From assembly GCA_002269645.1 (NCBI GenBank), contig NIVC01002897.1, positions 62,001 to 126,000 on the forward strand: a stretch of 64,000 bases of DNA, in the 5' to 3' direction. Source of the DNA: Macrostomum lignano. Taxonomy: Eukaryota. How positions within the stretch are numbered: the first letter of the stretch is position 1; every line of letters begins with the position of its first letter. The notes under the pieces were generated by a model. The model saw only the letters and a program-made list of their open reading frames with translations. It had not been told where the DNA came from and searched no databases. The position numbers were made by a program, and so were the translations under genes. Positions 24,608-38,814 of the stretch are shown piece after piece.

Positions 24608-24945
24608 ATGACATCAGATTTGGCGCAATTATGACATCAGATTTGGCCCCATTATGACATCAGATTTGGCCCCATTATGACATCAGATTTGGCCCCATTA
24701 TGACATCAGATTTGGCGCCATTATGACATCAGATTTGGCGCCATTATGACATCAGATTTGGCGCTATTTTGACATCAGATTTGGCACCATTATGACATCA
24801 GATTTGGCGCTATTTTGACATCAGATTTGGCGCCATTATGACATCAGATTTGGCGCCATTATGACATCAGATTTCGCGCCATTATGACATCAGATTTGGC
24901 GCGAGTAAGACATCAGATTTGGCGCCATTATGACATCAGATTTGG
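24608..24945. repeat. 23-bp minisatellite (ATGACATCAGATTTGGCGCCATT)
   Basis: ATGACAT at 24608 and 24631. Confidence 0.95.
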
Positions 24946-25597
24946 CTTGAGGGAGCTAAACACGCACTTTCAAAGCAGAATAACCAACCAGGCAGAGTAA
25001 ATGAACTGACTATTTTTTCCGAAAAAATAGTTTGAAATCTAGGCCTATAGTAGTTACGTTAGAACTTTAAATAATTAATTAATATGGTTTTATTGCTTTA
25101 GCAATATAAACTGGTCCCAGATTTGGATCGAGGCCTGAATAAGCACCAACGCTATTCTACTTAGTGAATACTGAATCCTGGAATATCCCCAGATCTTCTG
25201 TAGAATTTACAGCAGTGCTTAAATACTTAAACGACCACTTGGAAACTGGATTTTCGTGAAACCGCTTCTGTTATTAAAACTGTTCAGTTCAGGCATTATC
25301 TATTATCTTGTTGAAGCATTGAAGGGCCCTGCTTACAGTCTGAGGATGAACAGTACCTTCAATCTAAAGAACTGCAACTGCAAATGCGATTGAAATGCGA
25401 GCTGTCAAGAAGCTAAGCGTTTCTGATCGATGGTCAGCCCCGCCTGTGCCGCACGCGGACCCGGGCATGCGCTGTCATGTCAGAGATTGGTTTCGATTGA
25501 TAACGCCAGATTTCGGGAGGCGGGAAGTACCGTAGAATGATTGCGCCATGTAGTTCATAGTCTTTTGCCTTGAAATAATGCACTTCTGCTTGCTGAC

Positions 25598-26180
<583 letters not shown>

Positions 26181-26205
26181 ACCAACAGCCGCCATCCCAC
26201 TGCAG

Positions 26206-27107
26206 ACTATTACCAATGGGTGCCATTCATTTTGGCCCTACAAGCAGCCTGCTTCTACCTGCCCCGCATCTGCTGGCTGTTCCTTAGCAACCGGTTCGGC
26301 ACCAGCATCATGGACATCATCCGGTTCGCTATGTCCTCAGCTACGGTGGATCAGGACAAACGACAGCGGATGGTGCAGTACCTGGCCGCGCACATTGAGA
26401 AAGTACTTTTCTATGCTCAGCCGTATAGAAGAGGTCGCTGGAACCAGTTGAAGTCCCGCTGCGCCCATATTTTCCCCTGCATCGTGCTCACCAAAAGAAC
26501 CGGCTTTGTGCTGGTCGGCTCCTACCTGCTAATTAAACTGCTCTACGTGAAAAACTCGGCCCTACAGTTGGTGATCATGCAGGAGTTCCTAGGTATGAAT
26601 CACACCTTGTGGGGACTGCAGCTGCTGGTGAATATGCTCACCCGGCGAGAATGGGAACAGACTGGGATCTTTCCTCGCGTAGCCAGGTGCGACGTACTGG
26701 TTGACAACGTTGGTCAGAGCAATCTGTACACAATGCAGTGCGTACTACCCAACAATATGCTTAACGAGAAGATGTACTTGTTCCTGTGGCTGTGGACCTG
26801 GGCTGTGTTGCTGTTCACCGCTTGCTCCTTTCTCTCCTGGGCCATCTCGTCCACGATGCGGTCCTCGCGGCGTACCTTTATAAAAAAGTACCTGAAAATC
26901 ATGACACCAATCCACGCGGACGAGAAAATGCTGGCCAAACGATTTGTCAACAATTTCCTTAGATATGACGGAGTGTTCATTCTGAAGATGATTCGGTACA
27001 ATGCTGGCGACCTGGTCACAGCTGAGATTGTGCGAGAAATCTGGTACCGCTTCAAAGCAAAGAAGATTGACCCGCCGGTACTGCCACCATTGCTGCCTTC
27101 GCTGCAG

Positions 27108-27141
<34 letters not shown>

Positions 27142-27290
27142 TTATCGGCGAAATTCAGCAGCATCCGCCGGAAAGGCCGCCAAGGAAGTCGGCCTCAAAC
27201 AATGGCAGCAATGCGGGAAATGATATTTACCGAGGCTTGGCTCACCTGGAACCGTCGGCGCCAGGTGATGATAGCGCCAGTTACGTGTGA
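26206..27290 (+). CDS. inx: Innexin, coding exon 2 (full CDS 464 aa)
   Basis: Acceptor CTGCAG|AC is phase-compatible with exon 1 and gives YYYQWVPF (innexin YYQW motif). FPRVARCD and [20 protein letters not shown] are second-loop/TM4 motifs. PolyQ C-tail; joined length 1395 nt. Confidence 0.95.
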
Positions 27291-27374
27291 GCTGCTGAGC
27301 CGCGGCGCTTTTAATGACGTTTTCTAAGCGGCATGACTGGATCTTTTCCTGACACTTTGTTTGAACCTCTCGAA

Positions 27375-28275
27375 AACTCCATGACTCCTATCTGACAACT
27401 CCATGACTCCTATCTGACAACTACATGACTTCTATCTGCCAACTCCATGACTCCTATCTGACAACTCCATGACTCTGACCTGACAACTCCATGACTCCTA
27501 TCTGCCAACTCCATGACTCCTATCTGACAACTCCATGACTCTGACCTGACAACTCCATGACTCCTATCTGCCAACTCCATGACTCCTATCTGACAACTCC
27601 ATGACTCTGACCTGACAACTCCATGACTCCTTTCCTGACACTTTGTTTGAACTTCTCGAAAACTCCATGACTCCTATTTGACAAATCCATGACTCCAATA
27701 TGTCAACTCCATGACTCCTATCTGACAACTCTATGACTCCTATCTGACAACTCCATGACTCCGATATGACAACTCCATGACTCATACCCGACAACTCCAT
27801 GACTCCTATCCGACAACTCCATGACTCCTATCTGACAACTCCATGACTCCTATCTGACAACTCCATGACTCCTATCTGACAACTCCATGACTCTGACCTG
27901 ACAACTCCATGACTCCTATCTGACAACTCCATGACTCCTATCCGAAAACTCCATGACTCCTATCTGACAACTCCATGACTCCTATCTGACAACTCCATGA
28001 CTCCTATCTGACAACTCCATGACTCCGATATGACAACTCCATGACTCCTATCTGACAACTCCATGACTCCTATCTGACAACTCCATGACTCCGATATGAC
28101 AACTCCATGGCTCTTATCTGACAACTCCATGACTCCTACCCGACAACTCCATGACTCCTATCTGACAACTCCATGACTCCTACCCGACAACTCCATGACT
28201 CCTATCCGACAACTCTGTGACTCCTATCCGACAACTTAATGACTCTTATCTAGCTAACAACTACTTGACTCCTCT
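27375..28275. repeat. 22-bp minisatellite (GACAACTCCATGACTCCTATCT) just after the innexin stop
   Basis: AACTCC at 27375 and 27397. Confidence 0.95.
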
Positions 28276-29772
28276 GACACCCCCATACTTATCGTATATG
28301 ATTTTCCCTTACACCTATTAAGAACTTTTTAACTTTCCACAATTGTATTTTTTTAATTTAGTGCTTTAAAATCTTAACTGCTCGAACAAATCTTTGATGT
28401 ACGGATGCTTTTGAAGTCTCTCAATTGTGCTTTGTCACCTATAAAAATGTAATTAATTGGTTTGATGTTTCACCTTAACTCCGTCATTTTTCATGCTTTT
28501 AATCTATGAAAATTGCGAAATTCTAAATTATGGTCATTTAACTAATTTAATCGATCAAGTAGAAAGTGATTACTTGCTATACTGGGCTACTGGCATGTTT
28601 TTCGTTCTTTCAGGTTAAATTTTTCACTCACATGTACCTTTATTGACTGTGGTTTAAGTATTTTATTTATTCATATATATTCTATTTTTTGTTTCAACAA
28701 CTCGACTTAATTTTAACTTGAGATTGAATTTTATTTGTAATGTATATTGCTCTTTACTAAATATGCTACTTTGCTAAAATACGAGATCAATTCGTCCTTA
28801 TCAGTTTACTTATAGTAGTAGTAAATGTGAATTTTTTTCGATTATGCCGTATTTTTCATGTTGAAATATGATCATGTACTCTCGGTACCGTCGGTAGGGT
28901 AGCTTTTTTGAAATGAAATTTCATGACTAAAGTAAAATTAAAATTAAAATCTAAGTCAATTTTTTGTTTAAAGTGATGTTTTCGTAATGTTTCTTGTAAC
29001 TGTTGGCACTGTCATAGAATTTAAGTAAACATTCTTCAACTAGATAAATTATAACAAACTAGAATATTTCGTTTATTTTTTAGAAAGGCATCCATTGAAA
29101 ACGAAATTTATACAAGGGTGAGCATACTTCACCTTGCACATATTTGTTATTTAAAAAAACATTTGCTATATATAAGGGTTTTATGACTTATAATTCAGAA
29201 TATACTCGTAAACAACAATTCGGTTCAATTCATTATTTAAAATGATACGCGGGCAATTTATAGCTCGTAGAAACTTTGAATTTTAAAACTCGAAAAATAC
29301 CTGCTTGGATAAAAACAAATTCGGAGAAAAGTTTTAAATAACTGCGTAGGACGTTGTTTCCGAAAAGCAATTTTGAACTGATGTTAGACAAATATGGCTA
29401 TTAAAATTGCGTGACAAAAGAAATCAATCAAAACATTTTTACCTTCTAATTAACCATCGCGTGCCAGAAAAACCTTTCTTAAGGCATATCGTACATTCAA
29501 ATACTTTTTTGAATCTTTTAGAAGTGTTCTACTTTGTGATTGATTCGATCAATTCGTATATCTAGTATTCTAAAAATGAAAATCTTGCTTGCTTGTCTAG
29601 TATTCTAAAAATGAAAATTCATCCTGTCTAAAATTGATTGACAACTTGACAGTTGTGTGCACGAATCATGATTGAAGACCCAATTTGCGCTACTTAATTA
29701 TTAGGCAGCTGTTTAAATTCATTCTTATCAAGCAATTTTGGACATTAATCCTCACACATCAGTACTCCGATG

Positions 29773-30693
29773 GATAGTCCCAGTCCGATAGTCCCAGTCC
29801 GATAGTCCCAGTCCGATAGTCCCAGTCCGATAGTCCCAGTCCGATAGTCCCAGTCCGATAGTCCCAGTCCGATAGTCCCAGTCCGATAGTCCCAGTCCGA
29901 TAGTCCCAGTCCGATAGTCCCAGTCCGATAGTCCCAGTCCGATAGTCCCAGTCCGATAGTCCCAGTCCGATAGTCCCAGTCCGATAGTCCCAGTCCGATA
30001 GTCCCAGTCCGATAGTCCCAGTCCGATAGTCCCAGTCCGATAGTCCCAGTCCGATAGTCCCAGTCCGATAGTCCCAGTCCGATAGTCCCAGTCCGATAGT
30101 CCCAGTCCGATAGTCCCAGTCCGATAGTCCCAGTCCGATAGTCCCAGTCCGATAGTCCCAGTCCGATAGTCCCAGTCCGATAGTCCCAGTCCGATAGTCC
30201 CAGTCCGATAGTCCCAGTCCGATAGTCCCAGTCCGATAGTCCCAGTCCGATAGTCCCAGTCCGATAGTCCCAGTCCGATAGTCCCAGTCCGATAGTCCCA
30301 GTCCGATAGTCCCAGTCCGATAGTCCCAGTCCGATAGTCCCAGTCCGATAGTCCCAGTCCGATAGTCCCAGTCCGATAGTCCCAGTCCGATAGTCCCAGT
30401 CCGATAGTCCCAGTCCGATAGTCCCAGTCCGATAGTCCCAGTCCGATAGTCCCAGTCCGATAGTCCCAGTCCGATAGTCCCAGTCCGATAGTCCCAGTCC
30501 GATAGTCCCAGTCCGATAGTCCCAGTCCGATAGTCCCAGTCCGATAGTCCCAGTCCGATAGTCCCAGTCCGATAGTCCCAGTCCGATAGTCCCAGTCCGA
30601 TAGTCCCAGTCCGATAGTCCCAGTCCGATAGTCCCAGTCCGATAGTCCCAGTCCGATAGTCCCAGTCCGATAGTCCCAGTCCGATAGTCCCAG
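29773..30693. repeat. 14-bp minisatellite (GATAGTCCCAGTCC), highly homogeneous
   Basis: Perfect 14-bp period; degenerate CCCAGT motifs continue to about 30930. Confidence 0.97.
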
Positions 30694-31507
30694 TTCAAGT
30701 CATGCAATATAGTCTTGCTTCCAGTCCTACTCTGGAAGTGGAAGTCCCACTTCGATAGTCCCAATCCCATTCTCAGCCTCAGCTTGAGTTCCAGTCCCTG
30801 TCCCAGTCCCAGTCCCAGCTCTATAGTCGGCCTGTCCCAGTCCCAGTCCCAGCTCTATAGTCCCTGTCCCAGCTTCAGTCCCAGTCTCAGTCCCAGTCCA
30901 ATAATCCTAGTTTGATCAGCCCAGCTTGAAAATGCCAGTGCGATAATTTCTTCCCTCAATCACTGTCTGAAATCCCCATAGTGCCACAATCCTACAGTCT
31001 GTCTGAGCATAATTCAGTCCCTAAGCATCAGGCATCAGACTAGCTTTGCGCTGACCCTAAAGGCAGCAAATCCCAATTGCTCTTCCCGACTCCTCTCTAT
31101 CCTTTTATTCCTTCGCAATCTGATTGGCTAGATAAGGAGAACAAATGTTGAATTGGGAAGAAACAAACCGAGTGACAAATGGGAACAGCTATAGTCGTAC
31201 AGCTATACATGCAGTTTCTCCAATTATATATAGATGCTATCGACGTCAGTGGAACTGACAATAAAGATGATAAACAGTACTTGTTCTTCCTGTAAAAACA
31301 TCGGCTGACGATTTTTGACATTTTGAGACAAAACCAACAGAAACGGTGAGTCCCGCAATTTCTACAATTAATAAAACTTGTTTCGCTTAAATTACTATTT
31401 ACTGCTCGATTTGAAGACACCGACAAAGTTCTAGAACTAATAAATTAATGGTTGCGGTGTCTTGACGTCTGAGGTCGAAGTATTGGAAGTTGTTAAGACT
31501 CAGGTTG

Positions 31508-32070
31508 GAGGGTCTAGGGTTAAAGGGTCTAGGGTTGAAGGGTCTAGGGTTGAAGGGTCTAGGGTTGAAGGGTCTAGGGTTGAAGGGTCTAGGGTTGAAG
31601 GGTCTAGAGTTGAAGGGTCTAGGGTTGAAGGGTCTAGGGTTGAAGGGTCTAGGGTTGAAGGGTCTAGGGTTGAAGGGTCTAGGGTTGAAGGGTCTAGGGT
31701 TGAAGGGTCTAGGGTTGAAGGGTCTAGGGTTGAAGGGTCTAGGGTTGAAGGGTCTAGGGTTGAAGGGTCTAGGGTTGAAGGGTCTAGGGTTGAAGGGTCT
31801 AGGGTTGAAGGGTCTAGGGTTGAAGGGTCTAGGGTTGAAGGGTCTAGGGTTGAAGGGTCTAGGGTTGAAGGGTCTAGGGTTGAAGGGTCTAGGGTTAAAG
31901 GGTCTAGGGTTGAAGGGTCTAGGGTTAAAGGGTCTAGGGTTGAAGGGTCTAGGGTTGAAGGGTCTAGGGTTGAAGGGTCTAGGGTTGAAGGGTCTAGGGT
32001 TGAAGGGTCTAGGGTTGAAGGGTCTAGGGTTGAAGGGTCTAGGGTTGAAGGGTCTAGGGTTGAAGGGTCT
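31508..32070. repeat. 15-bp G-rich minisatellite (GGGTTGAAGGGTCTA), array A
   Basis: 15-bp period. Confidence 0.97.
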
Positions 32071-32947
32071 TAGGCTAACAATCGAGCTAGCGAGAACTTT
32101 TACGCCCTTCAGAAACTGATTGAGAGCTTCATTCAATCAGCAATAAATCTATATTCTATTAATATACGGGCCAAGAACACGAGCTTCAGGTCGTGGCAAT
32201 AAAACTGCATGCGCAATGTGGGAGTTTCAGTTTGATATGCAAAACCCTCAGCTGTACGTCATTCACAGGACAAAAATGATGTTTCGGTTGAATTATTGAA
32301 TTATTTTTTATGACCCGCGTGTCGGTTCAACAACCGAAAGTCTTCACATGCTTGGGGAGAGCTCAAACTAAAGGCCATTTGCTGCTCAGTCATAAACTTC
32401 AGCCCTATTTCGTATTTATTGCGAAACAGACAAGGATAGAAGCTGTGTGCTCTTAACAGCGAGGCCCCAGAATCAGTATATTAAGACCCTATGATGAGGC
32501 TATCTATAGATTTTTTCTCCGTTTATTTCATAACTAATGGGGAGATTTTGAAAATTTGGCCTCATCCTTAAGCAGGTTTAGGCGTCAAGGACCACTAGAA
32601 GTTACCACTGGACGTAGCACAATTTATTTAAAGGCCAGCTTGTTTGTATTGCAGTGAAACTTTAAATGCTCATAGCTCTTGATCAGCTTGATTAAAATGA
32701 TAATTTTTTTCGTTGGGTTGTTTGAACTTTTGTGCTCTTCAAGATACCAGAAGTTTGGCCTTGTACTTTTTAGTTTTCTATTGTGATAGGGTTTGAAAAA
32801 TGACACTGAGACAGTTAAAGTTGAAAAAAAGTACTTTTCTGTGCTATTAAATCAGTCAAGTTAGAAACCCTTAGTATAGTAAACTGTTACAAGCTTTGTT
32901 AAATTAGTAGAAGTATGTCTGCATAATAATTAAAAATAATAATGAGT

Positions 32948-33244
32948 GATAACACCTGGCCTAATTGGGACAAATGTGCAACCGACAGCTCAGCCGCAGC
33001 TATTGCTCGGCGCATCTGAAGGCTGCCTACGGCTGTTCAGTCCAAGGACTGGGGGGTCGCCACACACAGCCTCAATTACCCCAGCTAATGCTGGCACCCA
33101 TTTTACAGCTGGGTGAACTGAAGCAATGCAGAGTTAAGCTGTCTTGCTCAAGGACACAAATTGTTCCGAGAGTGGGTCGAGAATCGAACCCCCGACCTTT
33201 CAGTCCTGAGTCCGACCGTCTAACTAGTAGGCTACAACCTCCCC
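32948..33244 (-). mobile_element. tRNA-derived SINE with CORE-like central domain, copy 1
   Basis: Minus strand shows A-box TAGCCTACTAGTTAG and B-box GGTTCGATTC, then GTGTCCTTGAGCAAGACAGCTTAACTC...CACCCAGCTGTAAAATGGG, which resembles the MIR CORE. Three further copies are in the window. Confidence 0.85.
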
Positions 33245-33571
33245 ACCCTATAAAGGCATAGCATGCTAGCAAGTTTTAAAGCAAGGCAGCGTGTAACAAC
33301 AGAACTACTTTAAACATGTCGATTTTAACAGGTTAAAGCCTTAAAAAATTACACATACAGCCTATTTTGGAGCTTCAGTGGCACACAGCTAGTGCAGGTT
33401 TCTTCATAAACAGTCAAATATAGAATGCTTTTTTAGGCAAGCATCGCTAAATACACGTAAACAAGCGGGCCTTCAAATAATTTTTCACTAGTTATGTCAT
33501 GTCCTGAATATGTGTTATGTCCTGATACAACGGTAACTTCTAGCGGTCCTTGTTAGAAGTTTTGTTCGAGG

Positions 33572-33833
33572 GAGTCTAGGGTTGAAGGGTCTAGGGTTGA
33601 AGGGTCTAGGGTTGAAGGGTCTAGGGTTGAAGGGTCTAGGGTTGAAGGGTCTAGGGTTGAAGGGTCTAGGGTTGAAGGGTCTAAGATTGAATGATCTAGG
33701 GTTGAAGGGTCTAGGGTTGAAGGGTCTAGGGTTGAAGGGTCTAAGATTGAATGATCTAGGGTTGAAGGGTCTAGGGTTGAAGGGTCTAGGGTTGAAGGGT
33801 CTAGGTTTGAAGGGTCAAGGATTGAAGGGTCTA
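33572..33833. repeat. 15-bp G-rich minisatellite, array B
   Basis: Same unit as array A. Confidence 0.95.
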
Positions 33834-34231
33834 GTAGGAAATAAACGTCAACAAAAGCATAAAATAATTTTTTTCTTTCTAGCCAACGCGTTTCGTCAAA
33901 CACAAGCCGTCGTCAGGGCAAATTCAATTAACCTTTTTTAGCACCAATATATTTAAGAAAAACAAACTGTACACTCCAAAGGCGGGTCAAAACAGTCCAG
34001 TAGAATTTCAAAAGTGCCAAGTACATAACGAAGGCAGTGAGAAAAAATTAGGCATGCTCTGCTCACAGTACTCTTAGCTCACGCTCCACCCCATTTCCAG
34101 CAAGGTGCACATTCAAGTTGGGTTTGTGCATTCTGATATAAAAAGCTTCAATAATCTTAAGTTTATGGTCAAATTTTCACCCATCCAGCACTTTAAAGAG
34201 CTGAATCGGTTCACTGTCACAACATTTTCAA

Positions 34232-34864
34232 CTGAAGGGTCTAGGGTTGAAGGGGGTTGTAGGGTCTAGGGTTGAAGGGTCTAGGGTTGAAGGGTCTAGG
34301 GTTGAAGGGTCTAGGGTTGAAGAATCTAGGGTTGAAGGGTCTAGGGTTGAAGAATCTAGGGTTGAAGGGTCTAGGGTTGAAGGGTCTAGGGTTGAAGGGT
34401 CTAGGGTTGAAGGGGCTAGGGTTGAAGGGTCTAGGGTTGAAGGGTCTAGGGTTGAAGGGTCTAGGGTTGAAGAATCTAGGGTTGAAGGGTCTAGGGTTGA
34501 AGAATCTAGGGTTGAAGGGTCTAGGGTTGAAGGGTCTAGGGTTGAAGGGTCTAGGGTTGAAGGGTCTAGGGTTGAAGAATCTAGGGTTGAAGGGTCTAGG
34601 GTTGAAGAATCTAGGGTTGAAGGGGCTAGGGTTGAAGGGTCTAGGGTTGAAGGGTCTAGGGTTGAAGGGTCTAGGGTTGAAGGTGCTAGGGTTGAAGGGT
34701 CTAGGGTTGAAGGGTCTAGGGTTGAAGGGTCTAGGGTTGAAGGGTCTAGGGTTGAAGGGTCTAGGGTTGAAGGGTCTAGGGTTGAAGGGTCTAGGGTTGA
34801 AGGGTCTAGGGTTGAAGGGTCTAGGGTTGAAGGGTCTAGGGTTGAAGAGTCTAGGGTTGAAGGG
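34232..34864. repeat. 15-bp G-rich minisatellite, array C
   Basis: Same unit as array A, with GAAGAATCTA variants. Confidence 0.95.
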
Positions 34865-35934
34865 CCTGGCAGAACAGCCATGACCCGAGAGGGTCCATGG
34901 TCATCGCCCTGATGTCCCTGCAGTAGGGTAGGCAGGGGAAGGGAGTTTGCAAGTTGAGTAAAAAAAACCCGGAAAACTTCCTTCGCGTTCTGCTTCGGTT
35001 AGCCATTCCAAGTTCTAGTTCCAGTTCTCCTTGATTTTGCTCAGATAGACACTGCTTATTTCCCAGCCAATTATGCTATAGACAGCGGAATAACAAGGCC
35101 AGCTAGCACAGATTATAGTGGCTAAAACTTGAAGCAGCAAAGTCATCTACAAGACTCCGGCCTTTTGTCCTCAAAAGTTATTAGCCTCCTTAACAGGGCC
35201 CAGTTTAGCAAGCTTCAAAGAAATCGCGAGAATTCATCATTAGGAAAAGACAAATTCACGGCCTCTTGCTAAAAAAGATTTCTTTCATGTGCTCATATTT
35301 ATCTGGCGTAGAAAAAAGTTCTTGATAATAGAGATATCTGAATGATATAACGGCTAAATGGAGAATTTTTCTGAGATCGACTTCGCTCTCTACTCAATCA
35401 ATCATGCCAAAAGAACACGCGACTTCTGCTTCTCCTAGGAGAGCTGGTGGGTTGGACACAGTTTTTCTGCTTCTATATACTGGCATAAGCAGCAGTCTCT
35501 GTGCTCCATCACTCTTTCCTATCGCTATTCACAACTGATTAGTGCAGTCAAAGACTTACTAAGGACTTCGAGGAAGTCTAGGGGGGGGGGTCAGCTGGAT
35601 CGAGTTTTTATTCCTCTGGGCAACGCAATTAGGTCCCGCTGATCAGCTGAGGAACTGCTTTTTTGCTTAAGACTTCTTGCAGGAGCAGAAAAAACTGTTA
35701 GAGCTACTGTGGGCGCTTTTCTTCCCAAAAGAATTATGAAATATTATTGGGAGAGAAAATCCAATCTGATGGGGGGAGGGTACAGTTTTATTGCTGCAAC
35801 TATTTCTTAATATCCTTACTGCCGTTTCGCTTCAGTAATGGTGGATGGGTACATGCGGCAGCTACCGCTTTGTAGCACGCAGAGGAGCGGGCCGCTGTTT
35901 TACAGATTGGGGAGATGGCACTGCAATATAGAAA

Positions 35935-37012
35935 ACAGGGAATTTCTATGGGATGGGGAATTTCTATGGGATGGGGAATTTCTATGGGATGGGGAATTTC
36001 TATGGGATGGGGAATTTCTATGGGATGGGGAATTTCTATGGGATGGGGGAATTTCTATGGGACTGGGGAATTTCTATGGGATGGGGAATTTCTATGGGAC
36101 TGGGGAATTTCTAAGGGATGGGAATTTCTATGGGATGGGGGAATTTCTATGGGACTGGGGAATTTCTATGGGATGGGGAATTTCTATGGGATGGGGAATT
36201 TCTATGGGACTGGGGAATTTCTAAGGGATGGGGAATTTCTATAGGATGGGGGAATTTCTGTCGAATGGGAATTTATATAGATTGGGGAACTTCTATAGGA
36301 TGGGGGATTTCTTTGGGACGGGGAATTTCTATGGGAATAAGAATTTCTATAGGATGGGAATTTCTATAGCACGGGGAACTTCTGTCGGACGAGGAAGAAT
36401 TCCATAAGATGGGGAATTTCTATGGGATGGGGAATTTCTATGAGACTGAGAATCTCTATAGATGGGAATTTCTATGGAATGGGGAATTTCTGTAGGACGG
36501 GGAACTTCTGTGGGACGAGGAATATTTCTATGGGACAGGGAATTTCTATGGGATGGGGAATTTCTAAGGGATAGGAAATTTCTAAGGGATAGGGAATTTT
36601 TAACTGATGGGGATTTTTTATGGGATGACAATTTATATGGGATGGGGAATTTATACGTGATGGGGAATTTATATGGGATGGGGAGTTTATATGGGATGGG
36701 GAATTTATATGGGATGGGGAATTTATGTGGGATGGGGAATTTATACGTGATGGGGAATATATATGGGATGGGGAATTTATATGGGATGGGGAATTTATAC
36801 GTGATGGGGAATATATATGGGATGGGGAATTTATATGGGATGGGGAATTTATATAGGATGGGGAATTCATATGGGATGGGGAATTTATATGAGACAGGGA
36901 ATTCTTGTGGGATGGGGAATTTATATTGGATGGGGAGTTCATATGGGATGGGGAATTCATATGGGATGGGGAATTTATATGAGATGGGGAATTCATATGG
37001 GATGGGGAATTT
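35935..37012. repeat. 18-bp minisatellite (AATTTCTATGGGATGGGG / AATTTATATGGGATGGGG) upstream of the GPCR
   Basis: 18-bp period with a degenerate middle section. Confidence 0.93.
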
Positions 37013-37160
37013 CTTTGCCATTATAATGAACTGAGAAATCCCATAGCAAGGAAACGGAAATACTAAGCAAAGGTTTCTAGAATTGGCGATTAATACAAAA
37101 CTTTCATGCCAAGCAACACACGAGTCTCTCCCATCCCATCACCGCACAGCTCCCTACAAA

Positions 37161-38054
37161 ATGCAATCCAACGAGTCCGACGCCAACTGCCAGCCTCCAA
37201 TATTTCTGGAGCGCTTTTCCGAGGTCTACTCCGACATGCACAAGTACTTGGCCCTGGCGCTGTGCGTCTTCGGCCTGGCCACCAACCTCATCAACATCGT
37301 GGTTCTGTGCCAGAAGACGATGCTAAATCCAACGAACACCCTGCTAACAGCGCTGTCAATATCTGACGGGCTGATGTCAGCCGTGTACCTGCCATTCTGC
37401 CTGTACTTCACATTGGCCAACCGGCTGAAGCTGCAGTGTCCGGAGCCCTATCCGTGGCAGGTGTTCCTGTGGATCCAACTGTGCGCAGTGATGCTGGCAC
37501 ACACGGTCAGCTCGTGGGTGACTGTGGCTCTGGCGGTGTTCAGACTGGTGTACATCAAACTGCCAGTCCGCAGCAGGCAGCTGTGCACAGACAGGGCCGC
37601 AAAGACAGTCATTGCTTGCGCCCTGTTGGCCTCGTCCTGCATGCTGCTTCCTAACGTCCTCGGCCATCGGATTAAGCCATTCGACGAGGACATCGATGAG
37701 GAGAGGCTGGGCGCATGCGGTTTGGCGCCGAATCAGACCTACTACAGCTTCAAGATGCGCGAGGACGATCGAGTGATCAGCAGCATCAACTTCTGGGTGA
37801 TCGGCGTGGGCATCAAGTCGCTGCCGGTGCTGCTGCTAGCCGTGCTCAGCGTCTTCCTCATCAACTCGTTGAAGGAGACTGCCCGACGTCGGCGTAGGCT
37901 GAAGGCGAATAGCGGCGGAGCAGCGGTGGCTGCGGTCGGCAAGTCCAAGAGTCGAGGGACCGCGGGAGGTCAAAGCGATGACGCGCACTCGAACAGGACG
38001 ACCAAACTGCTGGTTACCATCGTGCTCGTGAGCGTGTTCAGCATCCTGCCGCAG
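37161..38054 (+). CDS. Rhodopsin-like peptide GPCR, myosuppressin receptor/DMSR-like, exon 1 (TM1-TM6)
   Basis: N-terminal NES sequon; HKYLALALCVFGLATNLINIVVL (TM1); NPTNTLLTALSISD (TM2); LAVFRLVYI at the DRY position; basic ICL3; RTTKLLVTIVLV (TM6). Donor CAG|GTAAGG. Confidence 0.88.
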
Positions 38055-38067
38055 GTAAGGATTCGGT

Positions 38068-38268
<201 letters not shown>

Positions 38269-38292
38269 TTTCACAACTGTATTCAATTCCAG

Positions 38293-38550
38293 GGCGTCAT
38301 CTTCGTGGTTCTAGGTTCGCTGCAGTCTCAGCAATCGAAGCACTGCTTCACGCTGAGGTTCTACGACCCTCTAGGCGACATATTTGACTTGATGACTCTG
38401 TTCAATCACAGCATCAATTTCATATTTTACTACGGAATGTCCAAGCAATTTCGCAGCTGCTTCCTTCGACTTCTGTTTCAAGCGTTGCGATTCGGCGGAG
38501 TCCGAGGTGACGACCAGGAGCTGGTTGCTAGGCAGGCCAACAACCACCAG
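38293..38550 (+). CDS. GPCR exon 2 (end of TM6, TM7, helix 8)
   Basis: Acceptor TTCCAG|GGC, phase 0. DIFDLMTLFNHSINFIFYYGMSKQFRSCF is the TM7/helix 8 motif. Donor CAG|GTAGTT. Confidence 0.88.
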
Positions 38551-38572
38551 GTAGTTTGTAGCGTAAGTTATT

Positions 38573-38723
38573 ACTGGGGGGTGTCGCCACACACCCTCAA
38601 TTACCCCAGCTAATGCTGGCACCTGTTCAAGGACACAAATTGTACCGAGTGGGTCGAGAATCGAACCCCCGACCTTTCAGTCATGAGTCCGACGCTCTGA
38701 CCACTAGTAGGCTGCAACCCCTC
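38573..38723 (-). mobile_element. SINE copy 2, 3'-truncated with the CORE-like part internally deleted, in GPCR intron 2
   Basis: Matches copy 1 from ACTGGGGGG to GGCTGCAACCCC but jumps from GGCACC to TCAAGGAC. Confidence 0.85.
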
Positions 38724-38814
38724 ATTCCTAATGTGATCCAAGAACTTTAGTGCTAGACTCAGACACGTTAATCCATCTGAGTTGGTCTCACTAAAACCAA
38801 CAATCCACCACCAG

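Noticed and set aside
31100-31352. Possible upstream exon of the GPCR ending at a strong donor (AACG|GTGAGT)
   Set aside because: No coding signal, and linkage to the 37150 acceptor cannot be supported without RNA data.
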